A DNA stretch of 64,000 nt from Candidatus Eiseniibacteriota bacterium (GTDB lineage: Bacteria > Eisenbacteria > RBG-16-71-46 > JABDJR01): the NCBI GenBank assembly GCA_963783375.1, contig CAWANH010000029.1:448001-512000 (forward strand), read 5' to 3'. Under the pieces are notes generated by a model that saw only the letters and a program-made list of their open reading frames with translations, did no database searches and was not told the DNA's origin. Positions within the stretch are counted from its first letter, which is position 1, and each line of letters opens with the position of its first letter. Both the position numbers and the translations under genes were made by a program. Below, one piece after another: positions 51,444-62,057 of this stretch.

Positions 51444-53563
51444 ACCGACGGCGAATCACCTCCGGTCTGATCTCGGTTCTCGCCCTGGTTGCCTCCGCGC
51501 CGCTCGCCCGCGCTCAGGAAACCGTGATCCCACAGCACGGCATCTGGCGCTACCAGGCCACCGGGACCGATCTCGGAACCGCCTGGCGGGGGCCGGCCTA
51601 CGTCGACGCCTCCTGGCCCCAGGGGGCCGGCCTCCTGGGCTACGGGGAATCCTATATCGACACCGTCATCCCCTACGGGCCCAGCGCCTCGAACAAGTAC
51701 CGGACCACCTACTTCCGCTTCACCTTCAACCTGAACCTGGATCCCGGGGACGTCACAAGCCTCAGGATGACCGCAAATTACGACGATGGCTTCGTGGCCT
51801 ACCTGAATGGGACGGAAATCGCGCGGCGCGCCATGCCCGCCGGGACCGTGGTCTATGCCACCTTCGCCTCCAGCCATGAAAGCGGAACCTACGAGACCGT
51901 GGACCTGACCGGGGCCGCCGGGGAACTCGTGCCGGGAGCGAACGTTCTCGCGGTGGAGGTGCACCAGACCAGCGCCGGGAGCAGCGACCTGGCCTGGGAC
52001 GCCTGGCTCACCGTATCCACCCTTCCCGCCCTGGTCACCCGGGGGCCGTATCTCCAGGTCGGCACCCCCGCCGGGGTGATCGTCCGGTGGAGGACCGACG
52101 TCCTCACCTCGAGCCGGGTCCGCTACGGGGACGACCCGGCCGCGCTCACCTACTCGGTTCAGGACACCGTTGCGACCACCGAGCACGAGATGGCGCTCAC
52201 CGGCCTCGCCCCGGAGACCCGGGTGTTCTACGCCGTGGGCACCCTGGACACCACCCTTGCCGGCGACTCCACCTACGCATTCACCACCGCGCCCCCGGCC
52301 GGAACCCGCCGCCCGGTCCGGGCCTGGATCATCGGGGACTCGGGGACCGCGGACGCGAACGCCGCCGCGGTGCGCGACGCCTACCTGGCCTACGCCGGCG
52401 CCCACCCGGCCGATCTCTGGCTCATGCTCGGGGACAATGCCTACACCGCGGGAACCGACGCCCAGTACCAGGCCGCGGTCTTCGACACCTACCCCGCGGT
52501 CCTCCGGAGCACCGTCCTCTGGCCCACCCGCGGCAACCACGATCAGCTCTACTCGGGGACGGGAAACGACTATTACGACATCTTCACCCTTCCCACCGCG
52601 GGCCAGGCGGGGGGGCTCGCCTCCGGCACCGAGGCCTACTACTCCTTCGACTACGCCGACGTTCACTTCGTCTGCCTGGACTCCGAGGGCTCCAACCTCT
52701 CTCCCGGCTCGGCCATGTTCACCTGGCTGGCCGACGATCTGGCCGCCACCGATCAGGACTGGTTGCTGGCCTTCTGGCACCATCCCCCCTACACCAAGGG
52801 TTCCCACGATTCAGACAACGACGGGGACAGCGGAGGGCGGATGCGCGACATGCGCGAGAACGCGCTCCCGGTGCTGGAGGCGGGCGGCGTGGACCTGGTC
52901 CTCTCCGGCCACAGCCATTCCTACGAACGGTCGATGCTGCTCGACGGCCACTACGGGTATTCCTGGACCCTGGCCGACAGCATGAAGGTGGATCCCGGAG
53001 ACGGCCGCCTCGACGGCGATGGGGCCTACCGGAAGCCGTCCCAGGGCCCCGCCCCCCACGAGGGGGCGGTATACGTGGTGGCGGGAAGCTCGGGGAAGAC
53101 CAGCGGCGGGTCCTTGAATCATCCGGTGATGCTGGTGAACCGGAACGTCCTGGGGTCGGTGATCCTGGATGTGGACGGCGACCAGCTCGACGCGGTGTTC
53201 CTCGACGCCGCGGGCGCGCCCGAGGACCATTTCACCGTGGTCAAGGGAACCGCGGTGGGGATCGGCGACCCGCCCCTTCCGGTCGCCGGGCCGACCCTGG
53301 AAACCGCCCGCCCCAACCCGTTCTCCCATCGGGCGCGCATTCGCTACACCCTCCCCGCGGCGGGCCGGGTGGAGATCGCGGTGTTCGACGTCTCGGGGCG
53401 GCGGGTGGCCACCCTGGTGGACGGGTCGCGGCCGGCCGGGGAACACGAAACCGTGTGGGACGGACGCGACGAAGCCGGGAGGACGGCGGTCCCCGGGGTC
53501 TACTTCACCGTGCTGGATCTCGGCGGGGAGCGACGGGTGCGGAAGCTGGTCCTCAGCCGGTGA
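51440..53563 (+). CDS. Secreted purple-acid-phosphatase-type metallophosphoesterase with C-terminal FlgD-Ig/T9SS-like domain
   Basis: 'GDSG', 'LGDNAY', 'GNHD', 'HHPPY', 'GHSHSYER', FN3-like 'RGPYLQ..RWRT', C-terminal 'PNPF..FDVSGRRV..L..WDG.D..G..PGVYF..L..RKL'. Confidence 0.88.
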   Translation: MNRRRITSGLISVLALVASAPLARAQETVIPQHGIWRYQATGTDLGTAWRGPAYVDASWPQGAGLLGYGESYIDTVIPYGPSASNKYRTTYFRFTFNLNLDPGDVTSLRMTANYDDGFVAYLNGTEIARRAMPAGTVVYATFASSHESGTYETVDLTGAAGELVPGANVLAVEVHQTSAGSSDLAWDAWLTVSTLPALVTRGPYLQVGTPAGVIVRWRTDVLTSSRVRYGDDPAALTYSVQDTVATTEHEMALTGLAPETRVFYAVGTLDTTLAGDSTYAFTTAPPAGTRRPVRAWIIGDSGTADANAAAVRDAYLAYAGAHPADLWLMLGDNAYTAGTDAQYQAAVFDTYPAVLRSTVLWPTRGNHDQLYSGTGNDYYDIFTLPTAGQAGGLASGTEAYYSFDYADVHFVCLDSEGSNLSPGSAMFTWLADDLAATDQDWLLAFWHHPPYTKGSHDSDNDGDSGGRMRDMRENALPVLEAGGVDLVLSGHSHSYERSMLLDGHYGYSWTLADSMKVDPGDGRLDGDGAYRKPSQGPAPHEGAVYVVAGSSGKTSGGSLNHPVMLVNRNVLGSVILDVDGDQLDAVFLDAAGAPEDHFTVVKGTAVGIGDPPLPVAGPTLETARPNPFSHRARIRYTLPAAGRVEIAVFDVSGRRVATLVDGSRPAGEHETVWDGRDEAGRTAVPGVYFTVLDLGGERRVRKLVLSR

Positions 53564-53652
53564 TCCCATGAAGCATTCATCCCGGGCGAACGTCCGCTCC
53601 CCGGGACCGGGTCCCGGTTCCCGGCTCGCTTCTCGCCGAGGCGGCGAGACCG

Positions 53653-55593
53653 TCACGCCGCGCTGGATCCGCCGTCACCACCCTCCAGGCGGACCGCACC
53701 GGCCACCGCGCCGGCGTCCACCCCGAAGCGCCGGCACCAGTTCTCGAACATGACCAGGGCCCAGACCGCCGGCCCCCAGTTCCGGCGGCCGCTCGCGTGC
53801 TCCCCGAGTACCCGCTCCAAGGCGTCCCGGCGGAGCACGGCCCGGGAGCGTCCCTCCGGCGCCAGCACCAGGCTGCGGGCATAGCCCACCAGGTCGTCCC
53901 GGAACCATGCGTTCAGGGGAACCACGAACCCCTGCTTGGGGCGGTTGACGAACTCCTCGGAGAGATGGTGGGCGAGAATCGTCTTCAGGAGATGTTTGCT
54001 CCGGAGCTCGGGCATCTTGACCGGAAACGGAATGCGGTTCACCAGCTCCGCGACCCGGTGGTCCAGGAACGGTGTCCGGACCTCCAGGGAGCTGGCCATG
54101 CTCATCCGGTCCACCTTGACCAGCATGTCGTCCACCAGGGAGTTCTCTCGTTGCCAGGCCGCGATGGCCTCGAGAGGCGAGGCGAACGCCGCGAAACGGC
54201 GGCGGAACCCCTCGCCCTCCCGGCCGGTCTCCCCCGCCACCCAATTCCCCTCCGCGAACCCGGCCAGGACGTTCGAGCGGAAGATCATCTGCTGCTTGTC
54301 CCGGAAGCGGAGCGGGGCCTCGCGGCCGGCGTCTCGGAGGTTCCGGGCTGCCCGCTCCAGCCGCTCCCTGCGCTCCCCACCCAGCCGGCCGGTCCGGTCC
54401 AGGACCCCCGCCCCCGCCCGGAGCACCGACGACGGAAGCCGCCGCACCCGCTCGCTCAGGACGTGGCCCCGGTAGACGTCGTAGCCCGCGAACATCTCGT
54501 CCCCCCCGTCTCCGGAGAGAGCCACCTTCACGTGCTCCCGGGTGAGGCGGGAGAGAAAGAACGTCGGGAGGGCGGAGCTGTCGGCGAAGGGCTCGTCCAG
54601 GTGCCAGGCCAGCTCCTCGGCGACCTCCACCCCTTCCGGTCGCAGCACGAACTCGTGGTGCCGGGTGCCGAAGCGCTCGGCCACCTCGCGGGCGTAGGGT
54701 CGCTCGTCGTAGCGCGGCTCCTCGAACCCGATGGCGAAGGTCTCCATCCTTCCCGGGGCCACCTCCGCCCCCAGGCTCACCACCAGGCTGGAGTCGATCC
54801 CCCCGCTCAGGAAGAACCCCAGGGGGACGTCGCTCACCAACCGCATCCGCACCGAGTCCCGGAGGAGATCCTCGGTTTCGCGCAGCGCCTCGGCGGGATC
54901 GGTGATGCCGGAGACGGGCTCGCTCGGAGTCCAGTAGCGCCAGGTGCGCGAGCCCTTAGGGGACCAGGTGAACGCGTGGCCGGGCTGGAGCCGGCGCGTC
55001 CCGGCGAAGATCGTGCCCGGCCCGGACACGTACCCCCGGGTGAAGTACTGGTAGAGGGCCCGGCGGTCCACCGACCCCACCGCCGCTCCCCCCTCAACCA
55101 GGGCCTTGAGCTCCGACGCGAAGCAGAGCTCGAGTCCGGTCTCGCACAGATACAGCGGTTTCTCGCCGAAACGGTCCCGGGCCGCGAAGACCTCCCCGGT
55201 GCGCCCGTCGTGAATCACGAAGGCGAACATGCCGTTCAACCGCTCCGGGCAGGCCTTTCCCCACTCCAGGTAGGCGGCGAGGAGGACCTCGGTGTCGGAG
55301 CGTCCGGAGACCGCGTGTCCGAGCAGGGCCAGCTCCTCGCCCAGCTCGCGGAAATTGTAGATCTCGCCGTTGAAGACGATTCGGACCTGTCCGGAGGCAT
55401 CGGCCATGGGTTGGCGGCCGCCCACCAGATCGATGATGGTCAACCGCCGATGGACCAGTCCCACCCGGCCTTCCACCTGGATCCCCTCGTCGTCGGGGCC
55501 ACGGTGGCCGAGAGCGACGCTCATGCGCCGGAGGCGGTCGGGGTCGGGGAACCGTCCCTCCCGTTTCTCCACGATGCCGGCGATGCCGCACAT
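53653..55593 (-). CDS. asnB: Asparagine synthase (glutamine-hydrolyzing) family amidotransferase
   Basis: 'MCGIAG', 'HRGPD', 'FNGEIYN', 'RDRFG.KPL', 'LSGGIDSS', 'LSGDGGDE.FAGY', 'DR.SMA.SLE.R.PFLD', 'R.K.GF'. Confidence 0.93.
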   Translation of the reverse strand: MCGIAGIVEKREGRFPDPDRLRRMSVALGHRGPDDEGIQVEGRVGLVHRRLTIIDLVGGRQPMADASGQVRIVFNGEIYNFRELGEELALLGHAVSGRSDTEVLLAAYLEWGKACPERLNGMFAFVIHDGRTGEVFAARDRFGEKPLYLCETGLELCFASELKALVEGGAAVGSVDRRALYQYFTRGYVSGPGTIFAGTRRLQPGHAFTWSPKGSRTWRYWTPSEPVSGITDPAEALRETEDLLRDSVRMRLVSDVPLGFFLSGGIDSSLVVSLGAEVAPGRMETFAIGFEEPRYDERPYAREVAERFGTRHHEFVLRPEGVEVAEELAWHLDEPFADSSALPTFFLSRLTREHVKVALSGDGGDEMFAGYDVYRGHVLSERVRRLPSSVLRAGAGVLDRTGRLGGERRERLERAARNLRDAGREAPLRFRDKQQMIFRSNVLAGFAEGNWVAGETGREGEGFRRRFAAFASPLEAIAAWQRENSLVDDMLVKVDRMSMASSLEVRTPFLDHRVAELVNRIPFPVKMPELRSKHLLKTILAHHLSEEFVNRPKQGFVVPLNAWFRDDLVGYARSLVLAPEGRSRAVLRRDALERVLGEHASGRRNWGPAVWALVMFENWCRRFGVDAGAVAGAVRLEGGDGGSSAA

Positions 55594-55646
55594 GGGGAGC
55601 TAGCGACCCGCCCGGGAGCGGGAGGCGCGGCCCGGATCGGCGCCGC

Positions 55647-58214
55647 TCACCGGGCGGGCACCAGGTTCACGAGCTTCCCGGGGACGTAGATCGCCTTGGC
55701 CGGCTCCTTCCCCCCGAGGTGCTCCCTCACGTTCTCGTCGGCCATGGCCAGCCCCAGGGCCTCGTCGCGGGTCGCGCCGACCGGGGTTTCGATGCGGGCG
55801 CGGAGCTTCCCCCCCACCTGCACCACCAGGGTGAACGTCTCGCGGCGAAGGGCGGCGGGATCGTGCCGCGGGATCGGGGCGTGGAAGATCGATCCCTCGT
55901 GGCCGGTCCGTTCCCAGAGCTCCTCGCTCACGAAGGGGGCCATCGGGGCCAGGAGCACCAGGAGCCGGTCCACCGCTTCCCGGAGCGCGGCCCCGTCGGC
56001 ATTGTCGGGACCGGGGCGGAAGCTCGCGTCCTGGACGGTGATGGACAGGGTGTTCACCAGCTCCATGAGCGCGGCGATGGCGGTGTTCATCTGGAACCGG
56101 TCCAGGTCCCCGTTCACCTTCTCGATCGTTTCGTGGATCTTTCGGTGAAGCTCGAGCGCCGGAGCCTCCAGCCCCCCTGCGTCCACCGGGGTCTCCGGCG
56201 GGGCCAGCCGGGGCACATGCTCCTCCGCGAGCCTCCAGAGCCGGGAGAGAAAGCGCCAGGCCCCCTCCACCCCGCGGTCGTCCCACTCCGCGTCCTTGTC
56301 CGGGGGTCCGATGAAGAGGGTGTACACCCGCACCGTGTCCGCCCCGTAACGCGCGATGAGCTCGCGGGGGGCTACCACGTTCCCCTTGGACTTGGACATC
56401 TTCTCCAGGCGCCCGGTCTTGGGGCTCACCTTGGTGATCATGCCCTGGGTGAAGAGCCGGGCGAAGGGTTCGCGGAAGTTCGTGAGACCCAGGTCGGCGA
56501 ACACCTTGGTGAAGAACCGGGCGTACATGAGGTGGAGAATGGCGTGCTCCACCCCGCCGATGTACTGATCCACCGGAAGCCACCGGTTGGCCAGCTCCAC
56601 ATCCCAGGCCCGCGTTTCGTCCCGCGGCGAGAGGTAGCGCAGGAAGTACCAGGACGAATCCACGAAGGTGTCCATGGTGTCGGTCTCACGGACGGCCGGG
56701 CCCCCGCACTTCGGGCAGGTGGTGTGCTTGAACGAGGGATGTCGGGCCAGGGGGCTCTCCCCCTTGGGCTGGAAGTCGGCGTCCATGGGGAGCAGCACCG
56801 GGAGATCCTGCTCCGGCACCGGAACCGTGCCGTCCTTCTCGCAGTAGACGATGGGGATCGGCGCCCCCCAGTACCGCTGGCGGGAGATGAGCCAGTCCCG
56901 CAGCCGATAGGTCACGGTGAACTCCCCGTCGCCGTCGTCGGCCAGCCACTCGCCGATCTTCCGGATGGCGTCGTCACCCGGGAGCCCATCGAAGGAACCG
57001 GAGTTCACCAGGGTTCCCGGGCCGACCCATGCCGCGGTGAGGTCCTCCCCCCGGCCGCTCGCGGTCCCGGGGGCGTCCTCGGGGTTCCGGATGACCGTCC
57101 GGACGGGCAGGCCGTACTTCTTCGCGAAAGCGAAATCCCGATCGTCATGAGCCGGGACCGCCATCACCGCCCCGGTTCCGTATTCCATCAGCACGTAGTT
57201 GGCCACCCAGATCGGAACGGCCTCCCGGCTGATCGGGTTCACCACGGTATGGCCGGTGTCGAAGCCGGTCTTCTCCAGATCGGGATCGGCCTGGCGGGCG
57301 GTGCGCTGGTTCTTCATCCCCGCGACCTCGGCCAGAAGGCGCTCCCGCTCGGGGTGATCGGCGAGAAGTTCCTCCACCAGGGGGTGCTCGGGGGCCAGGA
57401 CCACGTAGGTCACCCCGCCCAGGGTGTCGATCCGGGTGGTGAAGCACTCTATCTCCGTCCCCGCTCCGGAGCGGTGGAACCGGATGGTGACCCCTTCGCT
57501 TCGCCCGATCCAGTTCCGTTGCATGGTGCGGACGCGTTCCGGCCATTCGTCCAGCCGGTCGAGGTCGTCGAGGAGATCCTGGGCGTAGCGGGTGGTCTTG
57601 AAGAACCACTGGGAGAGCTGCTTCTGCTCCACCGGGGTGCCGCAACGCTCGCAGGCCCCGTCCACCACCTGCTCGTTGGCCAGCACCGTGGCGCAGGACG
57701 GACACCAGTTGACCGGAGCGCTCCGCTTCTCGGCCAGGCCCCGTTCGAAGAGCTGGAGGAAGATCCACTGGGTCCAGCGATAGTAGCCGGGGTGGCAGGC
57801 GGCGATCTCCCGGGACCAGTCCAGGCCGATCCCCCACTCCTCGAACTGGGCCTTGAAGGCCACAATGTTGTCCCGGGTCCACTTCAGGGGATGAATGCCC
57901 CGCTGGATGGCCGCGTTCTCCGCCGGAAGGCCGAAGGCGTCGAAGCCCATGGGAGCCAGGACCTCGTACCCCTCCATGAGCTTCCGCCGGACCACCACGT
58001 CCCCGAGGATGTAGTTCCGGCCGTGCCCGACGTGGAGGTCCCCCGAAGGGTAGGGAAACATGTTCAGGCAGTAGTACTTGGTCTTGGGGGAATCGGTGTC
58101 GCACCGAAAGAGCCCTTCGCGCTCCCACCGCTCCCGCCACCTGGGCTCGAACTCCCGAAAAGGAGGATTCCGACCTATGTCCCCGGCGCGATCCGGGGCC
58201 GGTTTCCGTGCCAC
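55647..58214 (-). CDS. leuS: Leucine--tRNA ligase
   Basis: 'MFPYPSG.LHVGH', '[11 protein letters not shown]', '[14 protein letters not shown]', '[12 protein letters not shown]', 'GGVEHA..HL.YARF', 'KMSKS'. Confidence 0.97.
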   Translation of the reverse strand: MARKPAPDRAGDIGRNPPFREFEPRWRERWEREGLFRCDTDSPKTKYYCLNMFPYPSGDLHVGHGRNYILGDVVVRRKLMEGYEVLAPMGFDAFGLPAENAAIQRGIHPLKWTRDNIVAFKAQFEEWGIGLDWSREIAACHPGYYRWTQWIFLQLFERGLAEKRSAPVNWCPSCATVLANEQVVDGACERCGTPVEQKQLSQWFFKTTRYAQDLLDDLDRLDEWPERVRTMQRNWIGRSEGVTIRFHRSGAGTEIECFTTRIDTLGGVTYVVLAPEHPLVEELLADHPERERLLAEVAGMKNQRTARQADPDLEKTGFDTGHTVVNPISREAVPIWVANYVLMEYGTGAVMAVPAHDDRDFAFAKKYGLPVRTVIRNPEDAPGTASGRGEDLTAAWVGPGTLVNSGSFDGLPGDDAIRKIGEWLADDGDGEFTVTYRLRDWLISRQRYWGAPIPIVYCEKDGTVPVPEQDLPVLLPMDADFQPKGESPLARHPSFKHTTCPKCGGPAVRETDTMDTFVDSSWYFLRYLSPRDETRAWDVELANRWLPVDQYIGGVEHAILHLMYARFFTKVFADLGLTNFREPFARLFTQGMITKVSPKTGRLEKMSKSKGNVVAPRELIARYGADTVRVYTLFIGPPDKDAEWDDRGVEGAWRFLSRLWRLAEEHVPRLAPPETPVDAGGLEAPALELHRKIHETIEKVNGDLDRFQMNTAIAALMELVNTLSITVQDASFRPGPDNADGAALREAVDRLLVLLAPMAPFVSEELWERTGHEGSIFHAPIPRHDPAALRRETFTLVVQVGGKLRARIETPVGATRDEALGLAMADENVREHLGGKEPAKAIYVPGKLVNLVPAR

Positions 58215-58215
58215 C

Positions 58216-59082
58216 TCAGCCCTGCCCTTCGTGGTTCGGGATCGTCTCGGCCAACCGTTCGGCCTCGTGCTTGATGTACTCCATCGAGGTTGCGGCCGCC
58301 GCCTCCCGGAGCTTCTCCAGCCCCTCGGCGCGGTTTCCGGTTCGGATCAAGGACACCCCGTAGAAGAAGAGCGCCTGGTCACGCCGGTCGGCTGCGGGAT
58401 GAGCGTCGAGGAACGCGGTCAAGAGCGGCAGCGCGGCGCTGTCCTCTCCGGCGTAGACCCGGGAGACCGCCAGGTCCAGTTCCGCGTCGACCCCCACCCC
58501 CCCGGCGTCGCCGGCATCCAGGTCCCGCGCCCGCGACAGAGCGGTCCGGGCCTCGTCGTAGCGGCCCAAGGCCAGGAGCACATCCCCCAGGGCATAGACC
58601 GCCCGGGGATCGTCGGGGGCGGCGGCAGCCGCGCCGCGGACATCCCGGAGGGGCTCGGCACGGCCCATCGCCTGGGCGAGGGCGGCCACGAACGGTTCGG
58701 GGGGCTGGTAACCCACGATCCGCCCGACCTCCTTTCCCCACCGGCTGAGCACCACCGTGGTTGGGTACCCCCGGACCCGGAAGAGGGCGGCCAGGCTCCG
58801 CTCCTTGTCCCCGTTCACCCGCACCGGCACGAAGCTCCCGGAGAGATCCCGGAACCGCGGATCGGTGAAGGTGGTGCGCTCGAGCTTTCGGCACCAGCCG
58901 CACCAATCGGTGTAAAAGGTGAGGACCACGGGGCGGCGGGTGAGGAGCGCATCCTCCAGTCCCATCTGGTAGTCGCCCAGCCACTGGACCGCGCGCCCCG
59001 GATCGGCCGCCGAGGTTCCGGCGGACGGCAGGACGGCGCCCAGCAATACGGCGAGCGCACCGGCAAACCATGCTGATCTCAA
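58216..59082 (-). CDS. Exported thioredoxin-fold (WCGWC) protein with TPR repeats
   Basis: Signal peptide, '[10 protein letters not shown]', 'V.GYPT', C-terminal TPR helices. Confidence 0.8.
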   Translation of the reverse strand: MRSAWFAGALAVLLGAVLPSAGTSAADPGRAVQWLGDYQMGLEDALLTRRPVVLTFYTDWCGWCRKLERTTFTDPRFRDLSGSFVPVRVNGDKERSLAALFRVRGYPTTVVLSRWGKEVGRIVGYQPPEPFVAALAQAMGRAEPLRDVRGAAAAAPDDPRAVYALGDVLLALGRYDEARTALSRARDLDAGDAGGVGVDAELDLAVSRVYAGEDSAALPLLTAFLDAHPAADRRDQALFFYGVSLIRTGNRAEGLEKLREAAAATSMEYIKHEAERLAETIPNHEGQG

Positions 59083-59271
59083 ACTCGGCTCCCTGCCGGG
59101 GAAACGCCCCCCGGCTCGAATCGTCCCGATGGTGAGCGAATGTAAACGGGGGAGTTTAGCAAATCCCGGGTGCCCTCTCCAGCCGGGCCCCGATTCGCGG
59201 GCGATTGCGGCATCGGCTATACTGTCGGGCTCTTGCCGCCCTTCCCATCACCACGATATCCCGGAGCCCGC

Positions 59272-60381
59272 GTGCGGATCGCCATCCTCACATCCAGCCT
59301 CCCACCCCATCCGATCGGCGGGGCCGAGCACCAGGCCCTCGACACCGCCCGCCGTCTCGGAGAACGAGGGCACCGGGTCACGGTCTACGCCCGGCGATTG
59401 CCCGTCTCCTCTCCCCCGCTCCTCCACGAGGGAAACGTCACCTGGGTGCGCTCCCGGGCCGCGGGCCCCCCCGGCATCCGGTTCGCATCCCATGTGGCGA
59501 GCTTCCTCCGGGACTGGCGCCGGACCGGCGGCCCCAGGCACGAGGTGATCCTGGCCTACCAGATGGTGATCAACGGGCTCCTGGCCACCCTGGCCCCGGC
59601 CCGGGGCGCCCCGGTGGTCACCTGGGTGCGGTGCGAATCCGAGGGGTTCCTCTTTCGGCGGCCGTGGACCCGCCTCCTGGCCCGGAGGGTCCTCGCCCGC
59701 TCGTCACGCCTCCTGTTCCAGGACCGGGCCATCCGGGACCCCGTCCTCGACGCGGCCCGGAGCCGATACGGCGAACCGTTCGCCCGGGCGGTCGCCGCGC
59801 GGACGGAGATCCTCCCCAACGCCATCGAGCTCGGCGGGGAGCCGGACTACCAGGGACGCGCGGGCCTGGTCTTTCTGGGACGGCTCACCCACCAGAAGGG
59901 GCCGGAGGTGCTGATCGAGGCGCTCCGGCGCATGCCCGATCCCCCACCGCTCCGGGTGGTCGGGGACGGGGAGCTTCGCCCCCGCCTGGAGGCGGAGGCC
60001 CGGGGGCTCCCGGTGACCTTCGTGGGCCGGGTCCCCGAGGAACGCGTGGCCGCGGAGATCGCCGGGGCCAGGGCCCTGGTCTTCCCTTCGCGGTGGGAGG
60101 GGTTTCCCAACGCGGTGCTGGAGGCCATGGAGCGCGGCCTCCCGGTGGTGGCCAGCGACGTCGGGGCGGTACGGACCCTGGTCCGGGACGGGGAGACCGG
60201 GGTTCTGGTCCCCCCCGGCGACCCGGCGGCCCTGGCCGGGGCCATCGAACGGTTGCTGGCCGACGAGCCCGCCCGCCGGGGGATGGCGCGGCGCGCCCGG
60301 GACGCGGCGCGTGGCTACGGCTGGAAGGGGCACCTGGACCGGCTGGAGGCCATCCTGGCCGAGGTCACGCGTCACCCTTGA
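59272..60381 (+). CDS. Glycosyltransferase family 4
   Basis: 'GGAE', 'PNAI', 'FLGRL..QKG...LI.A', 'VGDG', 'PSRWEGFP..VLEAM..G.PVVASDVG'. Confidence 0.9.
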   Translation: MRIAILTSSLPPHPIGGAEHQALDTARRLGERGHRVTVYARRLPVSSPPLLHEGNVTWVRSRAAGPPGIRFASHVASFLRDWRRTGGPRHEVILAYQMVINGLLATLAPARGAPVVTWVRCESEGFLFRRPWTRLLARRVLARSSRLLFQDRAIRDPVLDAARSRYGEPFARAVAARTEILPNAIELGGEPDYQGRAGLVFLGRLTHQKGPEVLIEALRRMPDPPPLRVVGDGELRPRLEAEARGLPVTFVGRVPEERVAAEIAGARALVFPSRWEGFPNAVLEAMERGLPVVASDVGAVRTLVRDGETGVLVPPGDPAALAGAIERLLADEPARRGMARRARDAARGYGWKGHLDRLEAILAEVTRHP

Positions 60382-60426
60382 GACCCGGCGGGCGCCCCCC
60401 CCGGCCGCATGCCGTGAGCTACAAAG

Positions 60427-61455
60427 CTAGTCCGTACAAATTGTTAATAGCGTCTCTTCGAGTACGATGCGAGGATTCCGGGGGCTCGATTTCAGGATCC
60501 GGTCGGCGCGGGCCAGGGCGTCGAGACCTCGGGTCAGGGCGGGGCGATCGTACCTGCGGGCGGCGCGCTCGATATCCGGCCACGCCTTGGGCCAGATCCC
60601 CGCCGCCTTTTGCGCCTCCCCGGGTTTCAGCCCCGCGTCGAGGAAGTCGCGCACCCTGGCGATGTTCACCAGGGTGTACATGAGGTTGGCCACGATCCGC
60701 ACCTCGGTGTTGTCCTTGAAGAGAAGGGCGCCGTCGAGCGACTGGAGCGCGCCGGGAAGGTCGCGGGCGGTGACCCGCTCGGTGATCGCGTACAGGAGCT
60801 TCTCGTCCGCCTTCCGCGCGATCACGGTGAGATCGTCGGCGGTCACCGTATCCCGGACCCCGATCGTCAGGGCGACCTTCTCGATTTCCGGGGCCACTTC
60901 GCGGAGCGGCACCTGCCGTCCTCCCCCACCGCCGCAGAGCTCGATCAGTTCCTGGGCGGTCTCCGAATCGCAACGCTTCCCGTGGTCCCGGAAACGGATC
61001 TGGACCCACTTCCGGGTATCCGACTCGAAGGGGGTCCAGAACACGGCCTGGACCGCCCCCGCCGCGACCAGGGCCTTGTGAAAGGAGTCGCCGGGATGGC
61101 GGTCGCCGGAGAGCACCAGAGCCGTCTCCGGGCAGGGGGCGGCGGCGTAGGCCGCAAGGGTCTCCCGTTCGGACTTCCCCAGGGCCTCCAGATCCTTGAT
61201 GAGCACCGCCCTTCGCGGCGAAAGCATGGGAATGGTGCGGCAGGCGGCCAGGATCCCGTCCAGAGGGTCGTTCCCGGCCCGGTACCGGCTCACGTTGAGC
61301 GCGCCCATGCCCTCCCCGGCCACCCGGTCGGCGAGCCTCTGGAAAAGCTCGTCTTTCAGGAAGTCCTCCGGTCCCGACCAGAGCCACACCGGGGGGATCT
61401 CCCCCCGGTCCACCGCCCGGCGGATCACCAACGAGTCCGGTTCCCGGGCCATCAC
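60427..61455 (-). CDS. holA: DNA polymerase III subunit delta
   Basis: 'PVWL..G.E.FL', 'PM.S.RR.V.IK', 'EIEK..L', 'L..AD..LKS'; located downstream of the lptE-like gene. Confidence 0.82.
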   Translation of the reverse strand: MMAREPDSLVIRRAVDRGEIPPVWLWSGPEDFLKDELFQRLADRVAGEGMGALNVSRYRAGNDPLDGILAACRTIPMLSPRRAVLIKDLEALGKSERETLAAYAAAPCPETALVLSGDRHPGDSFHKALVAAGAVQAVFWTPFESDTRKWVQIRFRDHGKRCDSETAQELIELCGGGGGRQVPLREVAPEIEKVALTIGVRDTVTADDLTVIARKADEKLLYAITERVTARDLPGALQSLDGALLFKDNTEVRIVANLMYTLVNIARVRDFLDAGLKPGEAQKAAGIWPKAWPDIERAARRYDRPALTRGLDALARADRILKSSPRNPRIVLEETLLTICTD

Positions 61456-61940
61456 CAGCCCTCCACGCTACGGGAGATCGCGAAATCCACGATCTGCTTG
61501 ATGGCGAGCTGTCGGGCCGCCTCCTCGGAGCTGACGTTCTGCCCGGTGGCCCCCGGAAAATACGACGCGGTCCCGCGGACCGCGTCCTCGGACCAGAGCT
61601 CCTTGTTCTTCACCCGGTCCCGGAGCGTCATCTTCACCGTCATCACCACGATGTATTCCTGGGCCTGCTGCTGGGCGTTGAACCCGAAGACCCGGTTCTC
61701 GTAGCCGGTGACGTCGGACTCCAGGACCGCGTCCGCATCGTCCTGGATCACGTGGAGATGACCGTCGGCCACGAAGCGGTCGCTGAGCGCGGAGGAAAGC
61801 TCGTCCGAGAGCTCCACCTCGAGGGTCTGGTTGTCGGCCACCGGGATCTGGAGGGTCTTGATGTAGGAAGGGAGCGAGGGGTTGAAGGTGTAGGCGCAGC
61901 CGGCCAGGAGGAGCGCCCCCGGAAGAAGGAAACGTCGCAT
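61452..61940 (-). CDS. lptE: LptE-family lipoprotein
   Basis: Lipobox 'LAGC', 'Y.F..SLP..IKT..IP..N.T', 'ADAVL...V..Y'; coupled to holA. Confidence 0.72.
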   Translation of the reverse strand: MRRFLLPGALLLAGCAYTFNPSLPSYIKTLQIPVADNQTLEVELSDELSSALSDRFVADGHLHVIQDDADAVLESDVTGYENRVFGFNAQQQAQEYIVVMTVKMTLRDRVKNKELWSEDAVRGTASYFPGATGQNVSSEEAARQLAIKQIVDFAISRSVEGW

Positions 61941-62057
61941 GGCGGAAAGGCTAGAGGAACCCGGCCCGGGGGACAAGGGGCGGCGGGGACGAGCCCCGCC
62001 GGAATCGGGGACGGCCGACTCCGGCCCGGATCAGCGCCGCCGCCGGACCGCCGGCGT

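Noticed and set aside
53564-53652. Second dif-like site that would delimit a Xer-integrated element
   Set aside because: Only a short ATGAA-GCA-TTCAT dyad is present, with no XerD-arm match.
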